A DNA stretch of 64,000 bases. Source: Octopus sinensis. Its lineage: Eukaryota. This document shows, one piece after another, positions 52,469 through 64,000 of this stretch. Numbering within the stretch: the first letter of the stretch is position 1; each line of letters starts with the position of its first letter. Made by a program: the position numbers and the translations under genes. The stretch covers positions 70,246,001 to 70,310,000 of the forward strand of contig NC_043003.1 of assembly GCF_006345805.1 (NCBI RefSeq), written 5' to 3'. The notes beneath the pieces were generated by a model, which saw only the letters and a program-made list of their open reading frames with translations, was not told the DNA's origin and made no database searches.

Positions 52469-52634
52469 ATCATCATCGTCATTGTTCGACCGTGGTCCAG
52501 ACAATGGAATTTACCATGCTACACCAGACTTCACGGTCCATCATAGCATTACGGAGGTCCTGTTGCTGGATGCCTGTATCCTTGGAGATTACATCAGGGT
52601 AGGAGAGTGTACGCCCTCTGGTATCGCGAGTAGA
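52469..52634 (-). mobile_element. Short RTE-like LINE 3' end with (GAT)n tail and 9-bp TSD tgttaacac
   Basis: Reads RGRTLSYPDVISKDTGIQQQDLRNAMMDREVWCSMV; tgttaacac occurs at 52460-52468 and 52635-52643. Confidence 0.72.
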
Positions 52635-52681
52635 TGTTAACACAGCGAGTAGATATTAACACAAAGGCTGATATACCCTCC

Positions 52682-52779
52682 ATATGCCCACGGTCATATG
52701 GCGTATTGATTAAGAGCGCGGGCGACTAACCCCAAGATTCAGAGTTCGATTCCAAGCAGTGACCTAAATAATAATAATA

Positions 52780-52843
<64 letters not shown>

Positions 52844-52998
52844 TGACAACATTGAAAAATACCTTGGGAGTGAGAACCCAGATTCGAAATTTCCCCATGA
52901 CACCTGATGAAGACTGGAGGGTATATCAGCCGAAACACTGTGTTAACAACAAACAAGATGAAGTCAAATATCCATCAAATGTAAATAATGTAAATAAG
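52682..52998 (+). mobile_element. Second tRNA-head/(AAT)n/hammerhead-tail SINE copy (ribozyme decayed)
   Basis: Colinear with 48393-48711; here gaaacgtt has become gaaacact and ggctg has become gactg. Confidence 0.8.
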
Positions 52999-53007
52999 TT
53001 ATTCATT

Positions 53008-53441
53008 TTATTAAATATAGCTAGTCCTGGATCTTTTTGTGAAAGAATGTATGTATGTTTGTATGTATGAATATATAAAAATAAAGTGTTGTGACTTTTG
53101 CATAAGACTCTTCAAAACGGACTGCAATGACCAAGATTAACAATTAGGACTACTTTGCTTCAGTCATGGGACTGTGGCCATTCTGGGGCAGCATCTTGAA
53201 GTATATGGTTAATCAAATCGCCCCCTGCACGTAACTATTAAGTCTGATACTTTATCTATTCGTATCTTTTAGCGTAACTGCTAAGTTACGAAGATGTAAA
53301 CAAACCAGCACCGGTTATCAACCGGTGTTGGGACGGCAAACACGGGCACAGACGCGCTCGTACACAAACACGCACACAAGCACGCACAGAGACACGCATA
53401 CACATACACTCACACACACACATATATATGTATGTATATAT

Positions 53442-53485
<44 letters not shown>

Positions 53486-53506
53486 TATATACACCTATAT
53501 ATATAC

Positions 53507-53586
<80 letters not shown>

Positions 53587-53777
53587 ATTATATATATATA
53601 TTATATATATATATATTATATACACGCACACATAAACACACGCACTATGGATTTCTTTCAGTTTCCGTCTGTCAAAACCACTCACAAGGCTTTGATAGGC
53701 TTATAGTAAGACACTTGCCCAAGGCACCACACAGTGGGACTGAACCCAATTTTATATATATATATATATGTATTATG

Positions 53778-53862
<85 letters not shown>

Positions 53863-54308
53863 CATATATATATATATATACGCATACATATATATGTGTG
53901 TGTGTGAGTGTATGTGTTTGCGTATCTCTGTGCGTGCTTGTGTGCGTGTTTGTGTACGAGCGCGTCTGTGCCCGTGTTTGTCGTCCCAACACCGGTTGAT
54001 AACCGGTGCTGGTTTGTTTACATCTTCGTAACTTAGCAGTTACGCTAAAAGATACGAATAGATAAAGTATCAGACTTAATAGTTACGTGCAGGGGTCGAT
54101 TTGATTAACCATATACTTCAAGATGCTGCCCCAGAATGGCCACAGTCCCATGACTGAAGCAAAGTAGTCCTAATTGTTAATCTTGGTCATTGCAGTCCGT
54201 TTTGAAGAGTCTTATGCAAAAGTCACAACACTTTATTTTTATATATTCATACATACAAACATACATACATTCTTTCACAAAGAGTTCCAGGACTAGCTAT
54301 ATTTAATA

Positions 54309-54309
<1 letters not shown>
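53008..54309. repeat. 1.3-kb local inverted duplication (arms ~53008-53430 and ~53885-54309)
   Basis: About 420-bp arms with roughly 6 visible substitutions; they include non-SINE flank as well as a SINE B tail. Confidence 0.95.
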
Positions 54310-54357
<48 letters not shown>

Positions 54358-55789
54358 GAGGCTACCACACCCTTTCTGTCTACAAAATTCACTGACAAGG
54401 CTTTGGTCGGCCCTGGGTTAAAGACACTTGCCCAAGGTGCTGTGCAGTGAGACTGAACTTATAATTATGTGGTCGCTAAGTGAGCTGCTTAACCACAACG
54501 CAACCATGCCTAATGGAAATTAATTTGTTTTGTTTTTTCTCTAATGCATATTTGTGAAGAATGCGGTGATTACTGTTGCATTTTTCGCAACATTCTTGAT
54601 TCGTGTTGCTGCACTAATCACTTTCTTCTTTTTTTTTGTAATATTGCTGTACACTACAATACAGTTGTTTCATCTTATGTTGTGGGTGTCATCAAATTAC
54701 TGATACATTTCTTGTGGCATGAACTTCCGGAGACTTGATTGCTTACACAAAAGAAAATATTCTTCAATGAGTTTTCTTTAAGTCAAACAAAAATATCGAA
54801 CACAAAAACAAAAAATTTGCTAGTCCAGTAATGTCTTTGAACTCATCACGCTGTAATGTGTAAATGTCATATATACGTATTCATGAAATAAGATCCGTTT
54901 TGAAGTCATTGGCATTATTGTGGCATTATCGTGGTATTATCGTGGCATTATGGCATTATCGTGAATACACCTTGATTCAGTCGTGTTCGAAAGAGGCACA
55001 GTTTTGTAAAAGAAATCGCATTGAATATACGATATATTTTGCTGTATTTTGCTAGCAATAAAGAAACACACTGGTTCTATTTCATTTTTTTTTCATATTT
55101 GTCAGTTGATTAAATATTTAATCACTTAAGTAATTACTCGTTTGTTGACATTCGGTTAATCAATCAGTCATTTAGGTTTATCAAAGTCTTCTTCAAGGAC
55201 ATGCCCTCTCTCCTCCAGCTCAGCTTCTAGTCTTTCTTTCTCATAACTCACTGATTCATTAAACAAATGATTAATCAAACAATTGATTAGCCTTGTGGCT
55301 CAATACTTAACCAATTGACAAATAATTAAGAAATGAAATAGAAACGGTGCATGCGTTTATTTCTTTATTGCCCACAAGCGGGTAAACGGAGAGGGAACAA
55401 ACAAGGACAGACAAAGGGTTTAAGTCGATTATATCGACCCCTATGCGTAACTGGTACTTATTTAATCGATCCCCGAAAAGATGAAAGGCAAAGTTGACAT
55501 CGGCGGAAATTGAACTCAGAACGTAAAGGCAGATAGTCACATGCTGTGTATGACTTTCCCGATGCATTTCAACTCTTTGAATAATCATCATTTACCATTC
55601 ATCGTTTACTTGTTCCATCGTCTTGAATAATTTTTAGTTGAATTGAGAGACCCCAGTACTTATTTCTATTTGAAGCCTGATACTTATTCGATAAGTCCCT
55701 AAGTTACGGGGACGTAAACACACCAACACCGGTTGTCAACCGTAGTGGGAGATTAACACATACAAAGACATACACCCATACATATATGC

Positions 55790-55824
<35 letters not shown>

Positions 55825-55842
55825 CATACATACATACACACA

Positions 55843-55876
<34 letters not shown>

Positions 55877-55893
55877 CGTATGTATGTATATAT

Positions 55894-55987
<94 letters not shown>

Positions 55988-55989
55988 AG

Positions 55990-56200
55990 GAGTGGCTGGT
56001 AGGCCCAGCAATAGCTGTGTGTTAAGTAGCTTGCTTACCAACATGCTTCCGGGTTCAGTCCCACTGCGTGGAACCTTGGGCAAGTGTCTTCTACTATTGC
56101 CTCGGGCGGACCATAGCCTTGTGAGTGGATTTGGGGTCGATTTGTTCCACTAAAGGTGGTGTTCCAGCATGGCCGTAGTAAAATGACTGAATTAATTAAA
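55990..56200 (+). mobile_element. SINE family B copy with internal deletion
   Basis: Head and tail are joined at gagtggattt|ggggtcgattt. Confidence 0.78.
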
Positions 56201-56299
56201 AGAATTAAAGAATATATAAATATATATATGTGTGTGTGTGTGCGTGCTTGTGTTTGCGTGTGTGTGTGTATTCTTTTATCTTTCTATATATATATATAT

Positions 56300-56536
56300 A
56301 TAATAGTTATCGCCATACTAATATGGCATTCTTATAAAAATAAGAATAAAGCTGTCCGCTTATTAGCTCCATGAGGCCATCGCCTTAAGTTAGCTATTTG
56401 ATACACAAACTGTATCCATATAACCTTCGAACAAGGGAGGTCAGTCGCTCCACACTACTTGACCGGCAGCTACAGACGCGTTTCGGGGTATTGCCCCTTT
56501 TCAATGCAGCGTAGCCAGCCAGTAGGTGTCGCTTCT
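56300..56536 (-). repeat. PLE-like terminal repeat unit, interrupted by the Tx1-like LINE (continues at 61913-61969)
   Basis: Reverse complement of 62257 to about 62495. Confidence 0.9.
56463..56518 (-). ncRNA. U3-A8 variant type I hammerhead ribozyme motif
   Basis: CTGGC tac GCTGCA-TTGAAAA-GGGG caata CCCC-GAAA-CGCG-T-C-TGTAGC t GCCGG: two-part stem I, 4-bp GC stem II, palindromic ACGCGU stem III, GUC triplet. Confidence 0.72.
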
Positions 56537-56772
56537 AAAATCTTTATTATGATTATAAAAATCTTACAGAGATAGTACATTACAATACAAAACATAATTA
56601 CAAAAAGTTTACGTTGTTCGTTTGATATTTACATATGTTGATTATTGATTTTGATACTAGACTTTACTTTCTCCTTTTTTTTAAAAAATTAAAAATGATT
56701 TTGGCCAGCTAGGTATATCACAGTCAGGATTCTTACCCGACAGCCTAAGAGCCCAGAGACTATTTTCTCCCT

Positions 56773-59700
56773 TCATGATGACCAAGCAGGGTTACTCACA
56801 CCCACCTTTTTTATCACATCATTCCATCGATTCACATACTTTTTCTGTGTCAGGTTCCTCTTCTCTAAATCCATCTTGCTCTTTAGATGGTATCTGAAGT
56901 ATTTTAACATACCATATCCAGAGACAAAGGTTCCTGACACCAAACCTTCCAATCTAGTTCTCCACACACACTCTTTCAGTACTGCCACCGTACAGTGAAA
57001 ACAAGCCTCACCTTCCTTTGAGAGTCCAGCTGGCGGTATCATCTTTATTATAGAACCAGCCGATAGCTGTACTCGTCCCAGATGCGACAACACGTGTTCT
57101 ACGTAACTTATTAAGCCTGACAGCTCCTGACAATGTACAAAAGCGTGCTGGACGGTTTCATCGTCCAACCCACATCTTGGACATGTCGGTGGCACTGATA
57201 TTCCATGCCTATATAACTTATCGCGAACAGGTAGAGCATTCCTATAGCACTGCCAAGTCAGGGATTTTTGGTAATTGTCCAAATACCCCGGCTTGAAAGT
57301 CTTCTTAAACAGGTCGGATAGTTGATCCTCATCGAACCCCAGAGCCCCTCTTAGGACGTCGTCATTTTTTGCCTCTACCATCCTTCTATAAAATGTCGAG
57401 GTGGTATTCCCGCAGCCGGCTTTGCCTATCTTGTGGATCAGCCAGAGTGCCTGTCGGCACTCTTTCTGCCATAAAGTCAGGTTCCGTCTTTTATGAAACC
57501 GGGTTTAAATCTCTCCATAGAGTCCGGTTGCGGGAAGAAATTATCTGCCAGCGGACTCCACACCTTATCACCTCCAGGTGAAACCAGAGATGTCTCAGTC
57601 TCAGCGCATGCCTGCGCATCATTAACCAAGGCATCCCCAGCCCCCTTTAGTGGTTCCTGGCAACACACGGAGCGCCTTACAAGTGGCTTTCCTCCCTTCC
57701 ACAAAAAGCGGAAAAGGAGTCGATCCAACTTGCTTAGCCACAAATCGGGGGCAAGGCACGACAGTCAGGCGATAGGTGATTACAGATGCTATAAACACCT
57801 GTACCACCTCCGCCCTCCCTTTCAAGGAAAGATGCCTTCCGGACCACTCCCGAACTATGGCTTCTACCTTGGTCACTACCTCGCTCCAATTTTTCTCCGT
57901 CTGGGAGTCTGAACCAAACCAAACTCCAAGCAATTTAACAGGACCATCTGTCCAGTGTCCAACAACACTGGACGATATCGGCTTGTTCCTCCAGGTGCCG
58001 AGGCGCAAACCAGTGGACTTGTCCTTGTTAACTTTTGCCCCAGCCACCGCTTCGTATCTTCGGAGAGCACCTTCTACACAAGTTAGTTGTGCTTCGTTGG
58101 ACACGATGAAGGTGACGTCATCCGCATACGCAGAAACAGACTTACCGCATCCGATTTCATTAGGATTGCATCTCACCGTCTCCAACTCCCGCAGCAATGG
58201 CTCAAGAGCCAAAACGTACAGGAGAGGGGACAAGGGACATCCTTGACGAACTGAACGCTTAATCGAAAACGGTTCCGTTAAGTAACCGTTTATCTGGACT
58301 GTGGACTTGATACCGCTGTACATAGCTGATATCCACCCGCGAAAGTCAGGACCTAGCCCAGCCGCTTCGAGAACCGTCGCCAGGTACTGATGATCTACCC
58401 TATCAAATGCTTTACTTTGGTCTAAATGGACCAATGCCCCTCCTTTGCCGGCTAATTGCCCAACCCTGTCTATAGTGTAGCGTAGAAGGTGAAGATTATC
58501 TTCGATCGACCTGCCTGGGATTGCACATGTCTGTGCCCGCCTTTCCGACAAGTTTTTCCATGACGACCTTCAACCTTTCTGCTAACACCTTGGCCAAAAT
58601 CTTTAACTCTACATTAAGTAGAGTTATGGGCCTATAATTACTAATATTATCCCCCTTGCTCGGGTCTTTCTGGATCAGCGTCACAACTCCCCGGCTCACA
58701 GAACTGGGAATCCTCCCATTCTGTTGCCAGTTTGCGTAGACGCTTGCCAGTATGTCCCCGAACAAGTCCGGCATACAACAATAAAACTCATAGGGCAGAC
58801 CATCCAGTCCCGGCGACTTTTCCCGGGCGCATTCATTCAGCCAAAACCCCTCTTACCTCCGCGGGAGTAATCGGTCCTTCACAGCGTTCAGCTCTGCTTG
58901 GCGAGAGCCGAGGCCCACCAGCTAGGAAGTTCTGTAAGTCCTCCCCTCGCTCGAGTGGATCGCCCTCCCCAAACAACCGAGCGAAATGCTGTTGAAAGAC
59001 CTTCTGTATCTCCTCCTGTCCATAGATTTTGCGTCCCTGTTCGTCAGTTAAAGACTTAATAGAGGACTTTTTGCCCTTCTGACTCTCCACACGACGTGCC
59101 CATCCGGCAACATAATACCTTCTCGTTTCACTGCACGTAGCTTAGCTCTGACTCTACATCCTTCATGCTTGGCATTGAGGTGACGGTACAAGATCGTTCT
59201 CTCTGCTAACACTCTAGATGCACAGCCAGATCCCATTGCCTCGTCTAAGTTCTTAACTAAATCCGCCCTCTATTCTAGTCCTATCTAAACTTAGCTGGTT
59301 GCTAAATCTAATGGACTCCAAACGGATGGCTCTTTTGAGGGCGATCCACCATCTATTATTAATGATGGTTCCACATAATGCCCTCTGGACTAATTCCATA
59401 ATCCGGTTACGGAAAGCTTCACAAGCCAAAATAGACTTGTTCATTTTCAGTATCCGGGTCCCTGTCTATGGCATTTATCTACATGTACCTCACACGTCAC
59501 TAATTTGTGATCCGTGTAAGGCACAATACAAAATTGTGGACAGCTAATGCTATCCTATCTCGTTCTTTAACAAATACCCTATCTATATACGATCTGCGTG
59601 AGCCGTCATTGTTACTCCACGTCCACTGTGGAATGCTCGGCTCATCCATTCGAACCGATCTACTAGATTAAAGCTCGTCAGTAGACCCTTAAGGCAAGGA

Positions 59701-60172
59701 TTCCCCCTTCTATCAGACGAGCCCACACTATCTATCCGCGCATCGATGATAGTGTTGAAATCCCCTACCAATACTACCGTTTTAGACGTCACTAGAAAAT
59801 GCTCCAAGTTCCGATAAAAACCAGTCTGCCCTACCCTCATTAGGAGCATAAACAGCTACCAACCTGAAGGACTGCTTACTCACGTGAGTTACATCGAGGA
59901 CAACCAGCCTACCTTCTGGGTCCATAAAGACAGTACTTACCTGTAAGTCCAAGTTCTTCCTGATAAGGACTGCCACGCCTGCACTCCTCCTCGGCTAGGA
60001 GAAATAAATTTCTCGTAACCATTGAGAAGATGCGAGAACGCTTGGGTTCCTCTCATCTTGGACTCGGTGACAATGGCTACATCTATTCTGTGTGTCCTGA
60101 GGTCGTCCAGCAAGCAAGCCTGTTTCCATTTCGACCCCATTCCCGCACATTTATACAGCCCAACTTAATCAT
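56773..60172 (-). pseudogene. LINE ORF2 (APE endonuclease, RT, zinc-binding C-terminus), about ten frameshifted pieces
   Basis: MIKLGCINVR start at 60172; VTES; VAVYAPN; VLVGDFN; YRPITLLNVELKILAK; LDQSKAFDRVDH; VRQGCPLSPLLY; AYADD; CPRCGLDDETVQHAFVHC. Confidence 0.93.
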
Positions 60173-60371
60173 CGATGAATGAAGAAAGTTTGTTACTTAC
60201 GGTTGTGAGAGGGAGCATGGCAGCTTTTGTCTGCCTGCCTCCCCCACACTCTCCGTTGTTGCTGGGCATTTAACCGGCGTTGCCACTGGGCTCTGGGATG
60301 GAGTGGCTGCCGGGCTAATATTCAATTTCCAGCTATCACCTCTTGTGTGACATCTTTAATCAGGTTGTCCC

Positions 60372-61746
60372 TCACGTGTAGTTGGAATAGTCTCTCCTTC
60401 CATTCCTCCTCTCCAACCTCGCATACCTCCAATCCGGTTTTTTTTCCGATGATTTGAAACATTTTATGTTTGGTTTCGCCTTTATGTACCAAACTACTCT
60501 CTCGTTTTTTGTGTTATAAGCAATGCACCTATCGGTTTTTTTGAATCCTTTTAAAGTTGGGGGCTGGGGTTTAATGAAATGCTGGCCTACAAAAGTAGTG
60601 CCAGCGGGTGGGATTGGATAATTTTTTTGTGTTGTTCTTGTTCTTCTGCGTTTTTTTTCTTTTGTTTTGGGTGGGGAGTCCGGGGTATTGGATTTCTTCC
60701 TTTTGTTGGTTACAGTCGTATATTCCATTACTTCCAGTTCTTTTCCATTTGATAAAATATTTTCCACCTCGTTTTCGTTTTCGCTTTGTTTTCCATTCAT
60801 TTTCTTTTCCTCCTTTTGACTTTCATTTTGCTTTTTCCGGGTATTCTCTTTTGTTGTTGCTGTGATGTCTGCTTTGTTCTCCACAGCGGTTTGAATGGGG
60901 GCATTAACGGGTTTTTTCTTTTTGCACTCTGAGCGGACGTGACCCTTCTGCCCACATTTGAAACATCTGGGCCTACGTCCCTCCACCGATACCCGCGCAG
61001 TGTGTCCATCCCCCACGAAGACCCTGTCTGGCAAACTCTCCTCCAGCGTTGCATTGTCAGCTTGAACGATCATTTCAAGCTGCTGACTTTCCAAAATTTG
61101 CCTCTTTCATCCTCATGTTTAAAATGTTTAATTTCTCTTCTACGTCGAATACGACCGCTGTTGCTGCCCACATTACATTACATCGTAACCTGTTGGTATA
61201 TCCTCTATTGTTATCTTAGCTGTTCTGCGCCCTAAGTACGTGGGCAGCAACAGGATGTCTGCACTCTTCAACGTTTGAGTTGAAATTTCCTTCGCTATGC
61301 TAGCCGACTCGAAATGCGCTTCAATAGTAGCGCTTCTCACTCCTCGGCCAACATAGCGAACCTTGTTCCAATTGGTGCCATGCACCGTTCTACCAATTCA
61401 TTTCTTACATCTGCAATCTTTTTTTCCTTAATATTATATACCTTATAAATTACCGTCTTCTCACTGATGATTGCTTGTAAGGTGTCAGGGGCGGTATTAT
61501 TCTCGTTTCTTCTCCATTCCTTTGTATGAACTTTCTGAACTTGAAGAGATCCTCCATTGTTACTTCCAGTTCTATAACATTGCCTCCAACGGCTTCCGAA
61601 AAACTTTGTTTTCTCCTTGTATCCATTTGATTTCCATTTTTTATAACTTCTCCCATCTCGGGAAAATCAGAATTTGACGTTAAGTCAAGATCCATATTAA
61701 AATGCAAGTGACTTGTCACAAGAGACAAGATAAAAATTAATTCCAC
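60372..61746 (-). pseudogene. LINE ORF1 (gag-like, CCHC zinc knuckle), frameshifted
   Basis: RPRCFKCGQKGHVRSEC in ORF 60372-61094; upstream pieces are 61173-61385 and 61450-61746. Confidence 0.85.
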
Positions 61747-61912
61747 ACTGAATTAAAGTTCATATATAAAAAGAAATTTTCTACCCCGAAGGGCGAAAAT
61801 TACTTTGTTCCACAAGTTAATACTCCAAAAATTGTACGTTTAAATCCAGAACAGAACGAACTAACATAACAGCTTACAGCGTAAAATAATCCGACGTAAT
61901 CCAAGGAAAAAT

Positions 61913-62552
61913 CAGTAGGTGTCGCTTCTGACAATCTCTGTTCGATGGTTTTATTTACCTAGTTTCGGTGGAATACATCCACTTGTTTTCAATAATAGAA
62001 ATATTAAAATTACTAAGTCTCTCTAAAAGAGAACAGCGGCAGCGTTCCCGGAAAATAATAGTTATCGCCATACTAATATGGCATTCTTATAAAAATAAGA
62101 ATAAAGCTGTCCGCTTATTAGCTCCATGAGGCCATCGCCTTAAGTTAGCTATTTGATACACAAACTGTATCCATATAACCTTCGAACAAGGGAGGTCAGT
62201 CGCTCCACACTACTTGACCGAAACTAGGTAAATAAAACCATCGAACAGAGATTGTCAGAAGCGACACCTACTGGCTGGCGACGCTGCATTGAAAAGGGGC
62301 AATACCCCGAAACGCGTCTGTAGCTGCCGGTCAAGTAGTGTGGAGCGACTGACCTCCCTTGTTCGAAGGTATATGGATACAGTTTGTGTATCAAATAGCT
62401 AACTTAAGGCGATGGCCTCATGGAGCTAATAAGCGGACAGCTTTATTCTTATTTTTATAAGAATGCCATATTAGTATGGCGATAACTATTATTTTCCGGG
62501 AACGCTGCCGCTGTTCTCTTTTAGAGAGACTTAGTAATTTTAATATTTCTAT

Positions 62553-62555
<3 letters not shown>
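61913..62555. repeat. Cluster of inverted PLE-like terminal repeat units
   Basis: 61992-62220 is inverted against 62328-62555 (about 228 bp, near identical); 61930-61969 is inverted against 62217-62256. Confidence 0.93.
62275..62330 (+). ncRNA. U3-A8 variant type I hammerhead ribozyme motif (second copy)
   Basis: Same fold as 56463-56518; core at 62289-62295, predicted cleavage after C62318. Confidence 0.72.
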
Positions 62556-62583
<28 letters not shown>

Positions 62584-63149
62584 AGACAGAAAATGGAACA
62601 AGAATATAACAGGCTACAACAAAACATCCAGACAGTTAGACGATACAAAAAAGGACAGGTCATTCGGAGCTTCCTATCCTCAGTCGAGTTCCAGATCGTC
62701 TTTGCAGTTTCGGCTGCTTACACTCGAGCTAAGATCACGAGATTCCTTGAAAGAAAGCAAGTGAATGTATACGAAAACAAGGACGGAAAAAACGGAGAAA
62801 TGGTACACAATTACAAATACAAATAACGGGATATTAACAACAGATGTCTTTCGACTAAGGACGAATTAAATTAAGCTGGCGTGTGTGGAAGTGAAGCCTT
62901 ACGGTAGGAACATAAGAGGTGAAAGTCATCGGAAGGAAAATACGAGATGCTACACGGATGATAGTCGAACCAAGAAAGAAAGGTCAAGCTTGGCGAAACA
63001 CCGGTCACGTGGAAGGAGAGGAGAGTGGTGGGGTCAGAGGGATTGAAGAATTAGGGAGGGACGAGAAAAGAAAGGGTCAGAGTGAAGAAAGTGTGAAGGG
63101 GCCTAAAACAAAGAGTAAAAGAGTCGTACACACAAACACATACACGCAT

Positions 63150-63338
<189 letters not shown>

Positions 63339-64000
63339 GTTTTAAAAAGATTTAATTTTACCTATACGGTTACTTTTATGAGCTAGGCCACTGATATAAT
63401 CATTTTTTAAATTATATCCTTATTTTATAGATATATATATATATATATACCACGATCTTCCGCTTTCAAATTCAATCACAAGGCATTTGTCGGTCTGGAA
63501 TTATAGTAGAAAACATATTTCCAAGGTTCCACCAAATGAAACTGATCCTGAAACCATGTGGTTGCAAAGCGAACTTCTTAACCAGGAAACCATGTTTGCT
63601 CCTACATTCTTTTATTCCTTTGTTTCAGTCAATTAACTACGGCCATGCTGGAGCAGAACCTTTAGTCGCACAAATCGACGCGAGGACTTATTCTTTGTAA
63701 GTCTAGAACTTATTCAAGTAAAAATCGATTATTTTCGACTCTGGCAGATTTTAGTAGTTAAACAATGTAATCAAAAATAAATCCGTCTTCCTTTTATTAA
63801 TCTAAAACGTGAGACATTGGAATCAATTAAACAGTAATTATAAAGAATCCTAGAGCATATGATTAAGTTAATGTGAGAAATAGTGAAAATCTAGCCTGAG
63901 ATGTGTTGGCTCATCACTCCTGTTTTGAAAGCTAGTTTCCAAATCATCGTATAATATAATTTAGATAATAAGAAAACTAACGTGAAATGATGAATGTCTT

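Larger units (their letters stand above)
56537..61912 (-). mobile_element. Full-length L1/Tx1-like LINE (5376 bp) with 17-bp TSD
   Basis: Two-ORF layout. TSD cagtaggtgtcgcttct at 56520-56536 and 61913-61929. An empty target site is present at 62257-62273. Confidence 0.95.

Noticed and set aside
61921-61945. tcgcttct in the Tx1 target matches the first bases of U2 snRNA (a known Tx1-clade target)
   Set aside because: Only 8 nt match and the surrounding sequence is not U2.

Overview
AT-rich eukaryotic DNA made almost entirely of repeats, with one 100-N assembly gap (23348-23447). No host gene can be confidently called. The SINE and microsatellite content suggests an octopus-like cephalopod (inference). 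Recognisable elements: fragments of R4/Dong-like (RLE), CR1-like and RTE LINEs; three Penelope-like (PLE) coding fragments (one RT+GIY-YIG, two GIY-YIG only); two Tc1/mariner relics; MITEs; a Helitron-like non-autonomous element; many tRNA-derived SINEs; and a full-length 5.4-kb L1/Tx1-like LINE (56537-61912, minus strand) with a 17-bp target-site duplication. Main discovery: at least five unrelated short repeats each fold into a minimal type I hammerhead ribozyme with a palindromic (dimer-type) stem III. They include two core variants with compensatory 3-8 pairs (U3-A8 and G3-C8). The Tx1-like LINE sits immediately upstream of one of these ribozymes, and an empty copy of its target is present in the same window. 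One tRNA-headed SINE carries a hammerhead in its tail. Several long near-perfect palindromes cluster at 19.1-20.8 kb and 53.0-54.3 kb. All folds were done by eye and none was tested.
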